Under the pieces are notes generated by a model. That model saw only the letters and a list, made by a program, of their open reading frames with translations, searched no databases and had not been told where the DNA came from. Source: Patescibacteria group bacterium (GTDB taxonomy: Archaea; Nanobdellota; Nanobdellia; Pacearchaeales; GW2011-AR1). From it: a DNA stretch of 64,000 nt. The stretch is taken from contig JAHYJW010000002.1 in assembly GCA_019428815.1 (NCBI GenBank), positions 11,725 through 75,724 on the forward strand. The letters run 5' to 3'. Shown here one piece after another: positions 48,744 through 57,093 of the stretch; position 1 is the stretch's first letter; each line of letters opens with the position of its first letter. The position numbers were made by a program, and so were the translations under genes.

Positions 48744-49046
48744 TTATTTCAAAGAAGTTATATCTTTTTCAGCATCACCAGATTGAATAACCACTACTGA
48801 TGAAGCTGGTACAGGAATTCCTACTGCAATTCCTAATTTTTGTTTACTCTCAACTTCCTTACATAAAACATTTTTTTCTTTGCACAAAATAGGGAGATGT
48901 TGAACGATTTCCTTTGGCTCAACGTCTAAAGCATAAACCACAAGTTTAGCAGTTCCCCTTTCTATAGCTTTTGTAACTTCATTTGTTCCTTTTTCTACTT
49001 TTCCTGTCTTTCTTGCTTTTTCTATTATAGAGTATATATCTGCCAT
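48744..49046 (-). CDS. rpl7ae: 50S ribosomal protein L7Ae
   Basis: TGKVEKGTNEVTKAIERGTAKLVVYALDVEPKEIVQHLPILCKEKNV... matches the L7Ae/L30e consensus. Confidence 0.9.
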   Translation of the reverse strand: MADIYSIIEKARKTGKVEKGTNEVTKAIERGTAKLVVYALDVEPKEIVQHLPILCKEKNVLCKEVESKQKLGIAVGIPVPASSVVVIQSGDAEKDITSLK

Positions 49047-49064
49047 TTTATTTTAATTTATTGA

Positions 49065-49095
49065 GAACGAATTTTTTCCTCCCGAAAATTCGTTC
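49065..49095 (-). promoter_or_regulatory. perfect 11-bp inverted repeat (hairpin) in the rpl7ae leader / downstream of the SemiSWEET gene
   Basis: gaacgaatttt (49065..49075) and aaaattcgttc (49085..49095) are exact reverse complements. On the minus strand the 9-nt loop reads CGGGAGGAA. The stem ends 18 nt before the rpl7ae ATG. Confidence 0.5.
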
Positions 49096-49217
49096 ATCGG
49101 ATAGGTATTATGACAAATTTTCATTTAAAAATGTTTTGTAATTGGAGTATAATAATTTCTAAATCCCCAAAGTTCAATAAACACCAAATGTTATCATATT
49201 CGGGACATTAAAAGACT

Positions 49218-49472
49218 TCATTTATATCTGATTATTAAGAATAATATTGTAAGTGTAAAAGTTAAACTTATCCCATTTGAAAGAATCAAAGGAAAATCTT
49301 TAATTAAAATTCCATATAAAAGCCATAAAAAAAGACCAGTAGCAAGCATTAGATACATTCCCAAAGATAAATCTTTAGTATGCTTAGTTTTTATAGTCTT
49401 TATTGCTTGTGGTAAAAATGATGCGTTTGTAAAAATTACTGCAACTAATCCTAAGAGTATAATTAATTCCAT
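49218..49472 (-). CDS. SemiSWEET / PQ-loop 3-TM transporter
   Basis: 84 aa with three TMs and FTNASFLPQAIKTIKTK (the PQ motif). Confidence 0.65.
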   Translation of the reverse strand: MELIILLGLVAVIFTNASFLPQAIKTIKTKHTKDLSLGMYLMLATGLFLWLLYGILIKDFPLILSNGISLTFTLTILFLIIRYK

Positions 49473-49496
49473 GATCTTTAGTTTGTCTTTAAGAGT

Positions 49497-50522
49497 TTAT
49501 AGACATTCCTTCTTCCATTTAACCTCTACCTCATCTGTTCTTTGTCTTGGCATAATATCTAAGGTATCTGCAAGTTCTGGCTTAATCTTTATCCCAGATT
49601 TTAATATAATCTCCCCTAAGAATGCTATCATAGCGCCTTGATCCATAAGAAATTGTTTTTCAGGGCAAAAAAATTTGGTTCCTCTTTCCTTACACATAAT
49701 CTTACACATTTCCTGAAGTCTAAGATTACAAGATACACCCCCTCCTAAAAGAAGCTCATTTTTTTCAGTGTGCGCTAAAGCTCTTTCAGCAGTTTCAACT
49801 AACATAGCAAAAACTGTTTCCTGCATTGAATAAGCTAAATCCTCAAGAGAGTATTTCCCTGTTTCTATTTTTTGTCTTAAGTTTGTAAGAATTCCTGAAA
49901 GAGCAATATCCATCCCCTTTACAGTGTAAGGTAATTCAATAAAGTTTTTTCTTTTAGAACCCTCTTTTGCTAATTTTTCAACAATTGGACCTCCAGGGAA
50001 ACCGATTCCAGAATATCTTGCAAAGTTATCAATAAAATTTCCCACCCCAACATCTAAAGTTTCACCAAAAACTCTAAATTTTTGGGAGGCATAAGCGATA
50101 ATTTGAGTATTTGCTCCAGAAACATACAACATTACCGGATCTTTTGTTCCAGTAATTTTTCCTACCTCAAGATGCGCAATACAATGATTTACGGGAATCA
50201 GGGGAATGTTCAAATTTTTTGAAATCTCTTTTGCAAATCTTATACCTACAAGAAGACAGGGGGATAGCCCAGGGCCTTGAGAAAATGCAACTGCATCAAT
50301 CTCCTTTTCTTTTATTTTAGCTTCTTTTAGTGCTTTAGAATAAACTTCTTTTTTTATTATTTCATGATGTTTAGCAGATTCTAAGGGAATAATCCCCCCT
50401 TTTTTTGTTGTATAACTATCTTTGATATTCGAAATAATTTTCCCGTCTTTAACTACTCCGACTCCGAAAGTATGTGCAGTAGACTCTATACCTAAAACTA
50501 TGGCCATTTGTATAACCATCAA
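49497..50522 (-). CDS. kae1: tRNA N6-adenosine threonylcarbamoyltransferase Kae1
   Basis: VLGIESTAHTFGVGVV..., ...NHCIAHLE..., LLLGGGVSCN. The probable true start is MAIVLGIEST at 50507. No Bud32 fusion. Confidence 0.9.
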   Translation of the reverse strand: MMVIQMAIVLGIESTAHTFGVGVVKDGKIISNIKDSYTTKKGGIIPLESAKHHEIIKKEVYSKALKEAKIKEKEIDAVAFSQGPGLSPCLLVGIRFAKEISKNLNIPLIPVNHCIAHLEVGKITGTKDPVMLYVSGANTQIIAYASQKFRVFGETLDVGVGNFIDNFARYSGIGFPGGPIVEKLAKEGSKRKNFIELPYTVKGMDIALSGILTNLRQKIETGKYSLEDLAYSMQETVFAMLVETAERALAHTEKNELLLGGGVSCNLRLQEMCKIMCKERGTKFFCPEKQFLMDQGAMIAFLGEIILKSGIKIKPELADTLDIMPRQRTDEVEVKWKKECL

Positions 50523-50555
50523 AATAATTATAAATAACTTTTCATTTTAACATTT

Positions 50556-51368
50556 ATGGACTTAGCTGTTGTTTATATGGTTGCCGGACTTTCTTCAAGA
50601 TTTGGGGGCAAGATAAAACAATTTGCTAAAGTTGGACCAAAAAATGAAACTCTCATTGAGTATTCTATAAATCAAGCGATAAATGTAGGGTTTAATAAAA
50701 TAATTTTTATTGTTGGAGAAAAAACAGAAAAACAATTCAAAGAGATGTTTGGTAAAGAATACAAGGGAATTAAAGTGGACTATGCACTACAAAATTTTGA
50801 TCCCAAAGAAAGAGATAAACCTTGGGGAACGGTTGATGCATTATGCTCTGCAGAAGAGTTGATTGACTCTCCATTTGTTGTTTGTAATGGAGATGATATC
50901 TATGGAGAAAAGACTTTTGAAATATTATTTAATCATTTAAAAAAAGAAAATACCCCTGCAACAATTGGTTATGAATTAAAAAATGTTCTTTCAGAAGAAG
51001 GAACAGTTAATAGGGGGATATTTGAACTTGAAGGGGATTTAGTAAAATCAATAAAAGAAGTTTTTGAGATTTCTAAAGAGAATTTTATTGATAAAGGACT
51101 TAAAGGAAACACCCCCTGTAGTATGAATATTTTTGGTTTTGGACAAAGCATCTTAAACAATTTAAAACAATCTTTGGAGAGATTTAAAAAAGAAAAAAAG
51201 GGGGATCGAAAAGCAGAATGCCTTCTTTCACAAGAATTAGGGAATATGATTAAGAGGGGAGAAATAATCATGAGAATTTATCCTACCCCTGATAAATGGT
51301 TCGGAGTAACTAATCCTGAAGATGAAGAAAAAGTGAGAGAGGAATTAAAAAATTTAAAAAAAATTTAA
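50556..51368 (+). CDS. sugar-phosphate nucleotidyltransferase (NTP_transferase family)
   Basis: VVYMVAGLSSRFGG (the G-x-G-x-R signature), ...KPWGTVDAL..., and VVCNGDDIYG. Confidence 0.7.
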   Translation: MDLAVVYMVAGLSSRFGGKIKQFAKVGPKNETLIEYSINQAINVGFNKIIFIVGEKTEKQFKEMFGKEYKGIKVDYALQNFDPKERDKPWGTVDALCSAEELIDSPFVVCNGDDIYGEKTFEILFNHLKKENTPATIGYELKNVLSEEGTVNRGIFELEGDLVKSIKEVFEISKENFIDKGLKGNTPCSMNIFGFGQSILNNLKQSLERFKKEKKGDRKAECLLSQELGNMIKRGEIIMRIYPTPDKWFGVTNPEDEEKVREELKNLKKI

Positions 51369-51386
51369 AAAGAAAAACTTAGAAAA

Positions 51387-51575
51387 TTATTTTTTCTTTT
51401 TTTTAGTTGTTGCTTTTACTTTAGTAGCTTTTTTCTTTGCAGGTGCTTTTTTTGCACTTTTCTTTTTCTTGCCACCTCTAGCCATTTTTGCTTCACAAAC
51501 ATTTCCTAGTCCGTCAACATAATAAAGATGGCCTGGCTTTCTCTGAACAATACCTTTTATAAGAATTTTTCCCAT
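51387..51575 (-). CDS. small protein with an H1-like Lys-rich tail
   Basis: 62 aa. MGKILIKGIVQRKPGHLYYVDGLGNVCEAKMA is followed by GGKKKKSAKKAPAKKKATKVKATTKKKKK. Confidence 0.5.
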   Translation of the reverse strand: MGKILIKGIVQRKPGHLYYVDGLGNVCEAKMARGGKKKKSAKKAPAKKKATKVKATTKKKKK

Positions 51576-51637
51576 TTGTGTTACCTCCTTTTAGTATTAT
51601 ATTACAAATTATAAAGGAAGATGATATTTAAATGTTT

Positions 51638-52018
51638 CTAATTATCGACGACAAAGCTAAATTCCTTTGAATATTTTTTGTTTAGAGGTATCTCTAAAAG
51701 TTTTTTAAAATTTCTAGGACCTTTAATATCTAATTTAAAGGGATTCACTTTTTCAACATTTATTATCTTATCTTTTTCATCAAGCCAAATTGCGATAAAT
51801 GGGAAAAAAACAAAAAATGAATGAATCCTTATACTTGTCGGTTGATTAAATTCAAATAATAATGCTTCTGCATTTTTTCTTCTTGTAAACATAAGTCCTA
51901 GAAATCTTTCAAAGAAATTACATTGTCTAACTATAACTTCTAATCTATGATTTTCAAAATCTAAAGAAATTTTCTTTTTCTTTTCTTTCATTTTGACCTG
52001 CCTGGAGGTTTTCCTCAA
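51638..52018 (-). CDS. DUF192-family protein
   Basis: ...ERFLGLMFTRRKNAEALLFEF...IHSFFVFFPFIAIWLDEKDKII fits the DUF192 pattern (GLM...gmlF....m.fpiDi.f.d). Confidence 0.6.
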   Translation of the reverse strand: MRKTSRQVKMKEKKKKISLDFENHRLEVIVRQCNFFERFLGLMFTRRKNAEALLFEFNQPTSIRIHSFFVFFPFIAIWLDEKDKIINVEKVNPFKLDIKGPRNFKKLLEIPLNKKYSKEFSFVVDN

Positions 52019-52418
52019 AATTATTTAACTGATGTAATTGATGTTTTTTATAAAGGCGATATTTTTGTTGTATATTTCTTTCACATACGTGATCATGGTG
52101 CCTAAATCCTCCCCCAAAGCTCATAGGGATATGCATGATTTCATGTATGATTATTTTAAGTTGTTCTTCTTTGTCCAGTTTATCAAATCTCTCAGAGATA
52201 AATTCTAATGCATAAAAAGGAGGAACATTCATTGCTTTTTGGATTAATTTTCCGATGGTGTGGCATCTTGCTATGGTCATCTTAGAAGAGCTTCCGTAAC
52301 TTCTAAAACATCTAACCCTGTCGATTCTAACTTTAGGAAAAATAGCTTTTGAAACATCTTCCATTATGCTTTGTAAATCTGGAGCAAATTCATATCTCAT
52401 TTTGTTTATTATACTCAT
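51954..52418 (-). CDS. predicted zinc metallopeptidase (COG4900-like)
   Basis: IIIHEIMHIPMSFGGGFRHHDH contains HExxH plus a downstream GGG..H. It overlaps the DUF192 ORF. Confidence 0.55.
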   Translation of the reverse strand: MSIINKMRYEFAPDLQSIMEDVSKAIFPKVRIDRVRCFRSYGSSSKMTIARCHTIGKLIQKAMNVPPFYALEFISERFDKLDKEEQLKIIIHEIMHIPMSFGGGFRHHDHVCERNIQQKYRLYKKHQLHQLNNFEENLQAGQNERKEKENFFRF

Positions 52419-52518
52419 TACCCTATAAAAAGATAAACTGTTACTAAAGCGTAGAATAAATATTAAAGAATAACTTTTAGCATTTGTTTAAAATTCATAA
52501 AAAATAAAAAGTAGAGAT

Positions 52519-53382
52519 CTAAAATGGAAGAGGGCAACCTGTTGCTTCTGAAAATATTTCAAGTGTTCTTTGGCCAGTATGAAGTATCCCGTTAAATTGT
52601 ATTTCAGGAACTCCTTGGCCTTGCATCTCTTGAGTGCATCTTTCATAATTAGACTCACATTCTACATAAATAGAACTTACTGCTTCATGGCCCCCTAATA
52701 ATTCGACTAACTGAGCACAATAAGGACAAGTAGCAGAACCATAGATTACAGTTCCTTTATCTGCAAGGCACTCATTAAATTCTGTAAGTAAGGCTACTTC
52801 TTCTTCAGAGTACATTGTAGAAGAATCAGGATTATTATTTTGATCAGGATTAAATTCAAGACTTGTAGATGTTGGGATCAAATCCGGAATAAAATATTCT
52901 CCATCTTTGGTGATATAAAGAGGGAATACATCCCCTTCATAATTAACTGTAAATTCGTAGATATAACCTAAGTCTTCTGAATCAATAATTGTAAACTGTC
53001 CTCCAGGAACTAATTCTCCTAAAAAAGTAACTAATTTGTCACCTATTTCATCTTCGTTTAATATAACTTGGCCAGTAAAGAATCCTCCTTTACTAATACT
53101 AACAATCCCTAAAATTAGTAAGATACCCAAAAGAATAAAAGTGGTGTATTTCCAAATATCAGCTTTGTTTATTTTAAAGGATTTTTTTTCAGATTTTTTT
53201 ACCTTCTCTTCTTTTTTTTCTGTTTTTTCGTTAGAAACCGATTCTTTTTCAGTTGTTTTTATTTCTTTTTCTAAATCTTCTTCTTTTTTTTCTGTTTTTT
53301 CGTTAGAAACCGATTCTTTTTCAGTTGTTTTTATTTCTTTTTCTAAATCTTCTTCTTTTTTTTCTGTTTTTTCGTCAGTCAT
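52519..53382 (-). CDS. membrane-anchored exported thioredoxin-fold protein (CPYC) with an N-terminal charged tandem repeat
   Basis: TEKKEEDLEKEIKTTEKESVSNEK occurs twice, followed by a TM. The C-terminal part FNECLADKGTVIYGSATCPYCAQLVELLGG...YVEC...ERC...VPEIQFNGILHTGQRTLEIFSEATGCPLPF is paralogous to 14387..14779. Confidence 0.6.
   Translation of the reverse strand: MTDEKTEKKEEDLEKEIKTTEKESVSNEKTEKKEEDLEKEIKTTEKESVSNEKTEKKEEKVKKSEKKSFKINKADIWKYTTFILLGILLILGIVSISKGGFFTGQVILNEDEIGDKLVTFLGELVPGGQFTIIDSEDLGYIYEFTVNYEGDVFPLYITKDGEYFIPDLIPTSTSLEFNPDQNNNPDSSTMYSEEEVALLTEFNECLADKGTVIYGSATCPYCAQLVELLGGHEAVSSIYVECESNYERCTQEMQGQGVPEIQFNGILHTGQRTLEIFSEATGCPLPF
53209..53352 (-). repeat. 72-bp tandem repeat (2 full copies plus a partial third) inside the CDS
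   Basis: cgttagaaaccgattctttttcagttgtttttatttctttttctaaatcttcttctttttttt... recurs with a 72-nt period (cgttagaaac at 53229 and 53301). Confidence 0.85.
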
Positions 53383-53442
53383 ATTAAATTTTCATAATTT
53401 TTAATATTAGATGTTATAAATTACCTTTTTTATATCTTTTGG

Positions 53443-54075
53443 TTATTTTAAAACATTCCCAGTTTCAGAATACCAAAGGTATAAGTCTAATTCTCCGAGT
53501 GTCAATCTTAATTTTTTTGAAAGAGAAAGGAGTTTTTTTTCTATTTCTAAATATTTTTTTCGATTTAGAGCTTTTTTATCTAAGGGGGCAATTAGTTTAT
53601 TTCTTACCAAAAAATCTATTATGTGAAAGTCTATTATTGCGAGATTTTTTTTACCAATATTCCTAAGAAAATGGCTTGCTTCTTTTAGCCCATAACCTTT
53701 TATATTTTTTACCAACCAGTCTCTCATTTCATATTCTGTTTTAAATGAATTAAGAATCTCCTTTAAATTAGAGGAATATTTTCTAGCATCAAAAATAAAC
53801 TTAGATCTCATATTTGGGAATCTATGACCCAACCGGTACAATTCTCCTGTAAGTTCTTTTAAACTTAAAAACAAAAATCCATCATTAATTTCTTTAGAAA
53901 TCTCAATTGATTTAAGAGCATTAAAATTTGCAGTTAAGATACAATAACATAATTCTTTAAAAATTTCTTTATTGTCTCTTTGACCCAAATCCTCAAATTC
54001 TTTAATACGCTTTTTTATCAACTTCGATACTTCTTTATTTTTTAAGTTCTCAACTAATTTTATTACTCTCCTCAT
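53443..54075 (-). CDS. ogg: archaeal-type 8-oxoguanine DNA glycosylase/AP lyase (Ogg2)
   Basis: Collinear with remembered archaeal Ogg2 (MJ0724-type) proteins: ...FKELCYCILTANF..., LGHRFPN..., NIKGYGLKEASHFLRNIG..., LAIIDFHI..., ELDLYLWY..TG.VLK. Confidence 0.85.
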   Translation of the reverse strand: MRRVIKLVENLKNKEVSKLIKKRIKEFEDLGQRDNKEIFKELCYCILTANFNALKSIEISKEINDGFLFLSLKELTGELYRLGHRFPNMRSKFIFDARKYSSNLKEILNSFKTEYEMRDWLVKNIKGYGLKEASHFLRNIGKKNLAIIDFHIIDFLVRNKLIAPLDKKALNRKKYLEIEKKLLSLSKKLRLTLGELDLYLWYSETGNVLK

Positions 54076-54686
54076 TTTATTTTTTTAATCTTTTCTAATA
54101 AAACATCTTTTTGTTTTTTGCTGGTATATGTCTTACCAAACTTAACTAACGTTGGGTTTATTTCCTTCCAGTAAATTTTAGGAAAGATTTTTTTAAGGTC
54201 TTCTTCAATTTTTTTTTGTTTCTTATGGCTAGTCCAACCCAAGTAATTAGAAATATAAGACAAATGAGTATCTACCCCAATGGTATCAAAACCTACTTCA
54301 GATAAGAAAACATTAGCTGTTTTTCTACCAACACCAGGGAGGGTTATTAAATCTTCAAATTCATAAGGAACTTTTCCCTTATGTTTGAGAACAATTTTCT
54401 TTGAACAATCCCTTATATTTTTAGCTTTATTTTTATAAAAATTTACAGAGAATACTAATCTTTCTATATCTCTAATTCTTCCCTTTGCTAATCTGAAGGG
54501 ATCAGGGTATTTAATAAATAATTTTTCAGCTGTTTTGATTGTTGTTTCATCTCTTGTTCTTGCGGAAAGGATGATTGCGATTAATGTTTTAAAATCAGAA
54601 TCCCAAGATTCTGCTGCGAGTCGCATTGGGGATTCTTTTTCAGAAAATTTTCTTAATTTATGAAGTTGTTTAATCTGTTTTTTCAT
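54072..54686 (-). CDS. nth: endonuclease III-like HhH-GPD glycosylase lacking the C-terminal 4Fe-4S Cys cluster
   Basis: ILSARTRDETT, LPGVGRKTANVFL, GVDTH. The last ~40 aa contain no Cys, whereas EndoIII carries C-x6-C-x2-C-x5-C there. Confidence 0.8.
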   Translation of the reverse strand: MKKQIKQLHKLRKFSEKESPMRLAAESWDSDFKTLIAIILSARTRDETTIKTAEKLFIKYPDPFRLAKGRIRDIERLVFSVNFYKNKAKNIRDCSKKIVLKHKGKVPYEFEDLITLPGVGRKTANVFLSEVGFDTIGVDTHLSYISNYLGWTSHKKQKKIEEDLKKIFPKIYWKEINPTLVKFGKTYTSKKQKDVLLEKIKKIK

Positions 54687-54747
54687 TGGCTTAATTTTAT
54701 CTTATTATTTGGAAATAAATCTCTTAATCTGAAGATTATAACCATAG

Positions 54748-55497
54748 GTGATCTTAAAAGTTTTTATATTAGAAAAAAATGGTTACCTTATGGAAGATTT
54801 ATTTTTAAAATTAAAAAAAATTGCAAACCCAGAAAAAGCAAGAATTTTACAACGTTTTTTTAAAACAGGTAAAGGAGAATACGGAGAAGGAGAGGTATTC
54901 CTAGGGATTAGTGTGCCAGATCAAAGAAAAATCTCCAAGGAGTATTACTCTAAACTAAATTTAAAAGACCTACAAAGGCTATTAGAAAGTAAGATTCATG
55001 AACATCGATTAATTGCTTTGATTATTCTAATTGAAAAATACAAAAAAGCTAATAAAAGTAAGTATGAAAAAAGAGAGATAGTTAATTTTTATTTGAAAAA
55101 TTTAAGTAGAGTAAACAGTTGGGATTTAGTTGACATTTCTGCACCAAAGATATTGGGTGATTTTATCTTAAAAGAGAAATCGAGTCTTTTAAGGGATCTT
55201 GCTAAATCTGAAAATTTGTGGGAAAGAAGGATATCAGTTGTTTCAACTTATGCATTTATCAAAAAAAATATTTTAGGAGAAACCCTTGCAATATCAGAAA
55301 TCTTATTAAATGACCAACATGATTTAATCCATAAAGCTGTTGGATGGATGTTAAGAGAGTTAGGAAAAAGGAATAAATCGGTTTTAGAATTATTTTTATT
55401 ACCAAGATATAAAAAAATGCCTAGAACAATGTTGAGGTATGCTATTGAAAAATTTTCACCAGAAGAAAGGAAGAGATACCTAAAAGGAGAAATATGA
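54748..55497 (+). CDS. DNA alkylation repair protein (AlkD/AlkC-like HEAT-repeat glycosylase family)
   Basis: KARILQRFFKTGKGEYGEGEVFLGISVPDQRKISKEY...SWDLVD...HDLIHKAVGWMLRE matches PF08713-type proteins. The likely start is ATG 54790. Confidence 0.8.
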   Translation: MILKVFILEKNGYLMEDLFLKLKKIANPEKARILQRFFKTGKGEYGEGEVFLGISVPDQRKISKEYYSKLNLKDLQRLLESKIHEHRLIALIILIEKYKKANKSKYEKREIVNFYLKNLSRVNSWDLVDISAPKILGDFILKEKSSLLRDLAKSENLWERRISVVSTYAFIKKNILGETLAISEILLNDQHDLIHKAVGWMLRELGKRNKSVLELFLLPRYKKMPRTMLRYAIEKFSPEERKRYLKGEI

Positions 55498-56402
55498 AAA
55501 CAAATTTAAAAGAATTAAAGGAGAAAAAAACCATAAAAGAGCTATTAGAATTTGGTATCTTAAATATTGATAAATCTTCTGGACCAACAAGTTTTGATAT
55601 TTCAGACTTTGTAAGAAAAACACTATCATTGAAAAAAACATCTCACTTTGGAACCCTAGACCCTAAGGTGACTGGTGTTTTACCAATTGCTTTAAATCGT
55701 GCTTGTAAATTAACGGGATTCTTTATTGGAGAGGATAAAGAATACGTCGGAATAATGAGAATCCATGAAGATTTAGAAATAGAAAAAATTCGAGAAGCTA
55801 TAACTAAAAATTTTAAGGGTATAATTAAACAAACTCCTCCTGTAAAATCGAGGGTTAAAAGACAAGAAAGAGAAAGGGAGATAAAAGTTTTTGAGATTCT
55901 TGAAAAAGAAGGTCAAGATATACTCTTCAGAGTTGTTTGTCAAGGGGGGACATACATCAGGAAGTTAGTTCATGATTTGGGGATTTATCTCAAATGTGGC
56001 GCACATATGCTTGAGTTAAGAAGGACAAGAGCAGGGATATTTAAAGAAGAATCTGATTTGGAAAATCCAGGGCCAATGATAAACCTTTATGATTTTGAGA
56101 GGATAGTTAAAGATTTTCAAAAAGATCCTAAAGAAAATGAAGCGGCATTAAAAGAAATTATAATCCCGGGGGAGATTATCTCAGAGTTATATCCCATTGT
56201 TCAAATAAAAGATGAATACGTAGAAAAGATTCTTCATGGAAGCCCAATACATTATTCTCATTTAATCAACCCAGAAGATAAAAAAAACGATTGGAGATTT
56301 TGTGCGTTTAACAAAGAAAAGTTTATGGGAATTTATGAGGTTACTTCTGAAGGAGAGATATTTGCTAGGCCGCAATTTGTTTTACAACCAATTGAAAGTT
56401 AA
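55494..56402 (+). CDS. cbf5: tRNA/rRNA pseudouridine synthase Cbf5 (TruB family with a PUA domain)
   Basis: GILNIDKSSGPTSFDI, SHFGTLDPKVTGVLPIAL, GTYIRKLVHDLG, and a C-terminal PUA-like segment. Its start overlaps the upstream stop (ATGA). Confidence 0.85.
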   Translation: MKTNLKELKEKKTIKELLEFGILNIDKSSGPTSFDISDFVRKTLSLKKTSHFGTLDPKVTGVLPIALNRACKLTGFFIGEDKEYVGIMRIHEDLEIEKIREAITKNFKGIIKQTPPVKSRVKRQEREREIKVFEILEKEGQDILFRVVCQGGTYIRKLVHDLGIYLKCGAHMLELRRTRAGIFKEESDLENPGPMINLYDFERIVKDFQKDPKENEAALKEIIIPGEIISELYPIVQIKDEYVEKILHGSPIHYSHLINPEDKKNDWRFCAFNKEKFMGIYEVTSEGEIFARPQFVLQPIES

Positions 56403-56414
56403 ACTATTGAAATT

Positions 56415-56470
56415 TATTAAACAAGTCTTATAAAATATAATATATTAAACAAGTCTTATAAAATATAATA
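56415..56470 (+). repeat. perfect 28-bp tandem duplication in the trmY upstream region
   Basis: tattaaacaagtcttataaaatataata occurs at 56415..56442 and again at 56443..56470. Each copy carries a TATA-like ttataaaatata. Confidence 0.9.
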
Positions 56471-56508
56471 AATAAGATAGATTTTTAATACCTCTCTCTT
56501 TACAAATT

Positions 56509-57093
56509 ATGATGAGAAATTTTGTTTATTTTTCTGGAACAGCTAGAACTTCAGGAAATTTTGATGTTAATAACTTAATGAAATCTGGGAGAATGGATAT
56601 TGTTGTCCATTTCATAATAAATACCTTTTTTCTTTCACATAACTTAAGGGATGATGTAAAATTACATCTTATTTTTTATGGGCCTCCAGATCCGCCTAAA
56701 CATATAGAAATTCAAATTAAACCTGATACAGAAATTAGCAAAAAAGATGTAGCTAATTTAATTAAGAAAATCCTTTATAAGTATAAACCTAATCAAAAGA
56801 TAGAAGCTCATCCTGGATGTTATGTTGAAAAAAAAAGTCTTCTTAAATTAATTGATGAACTTTTAGAAGAAGAAAAAGAAATCTTTATTTTAGAAAAAGA
56901 TGGCAAACCCCTTAGAGATACAAAAATCCCAGAAGATAGTGTTTTCATAATCGGGGATCATTTAGGACTTCCAAAAAAAGAATTAAAAAGATTAAGGGGT
57001 GTTTCTAGTAAAATCTCTGCTGGTCCAGTAGTTTATTTTGCTAGTCAAATTGTTACAATATTAAACAATGAACTTGATATTCGGGGCCTTTAG
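56509..57093 (+). CDS. trmY: tRNA (pseudouridine54-N1)-methyltransferase TrmY (DUF358, SPOUT)
   Basis: FVYFSGTARTSGNF...GRMDIVVHFIINTFFLSH...LHLIFYGPPDPPKHIEI...FIIGDHLGLPKKE matches the remembered TrmY pattern. Confidence 0.75.
   Translation: MMRNFVYFSGTARTSGNFDVNNLMKSGRMDIVVHFIINTFFLSHNLRDDVKLHLIFYGPPDPPKHIEIQIKPDTEISKKDVANLIKKILYKYKPNQKIEAHPGCYVEKKSLLKLIDELLEEEKEIFILEKDGKPLRDTKIPEDSVFIIGDHLGLPKKELKRLRGVSSKISAGPVVYFASQIVTILNNELDIRGL

Noticed and set aside
49047-49110. A K-turn (L7Ae binding site) in the rpl7ae leader hairpin.
   Set aside because: The stem is fully Watson-Crick. The flanks (CCGAU / UCAAU) provide no tandem sheared G-A pairs or 3-nt bulge. It is kept only as a generic hairpin finding.
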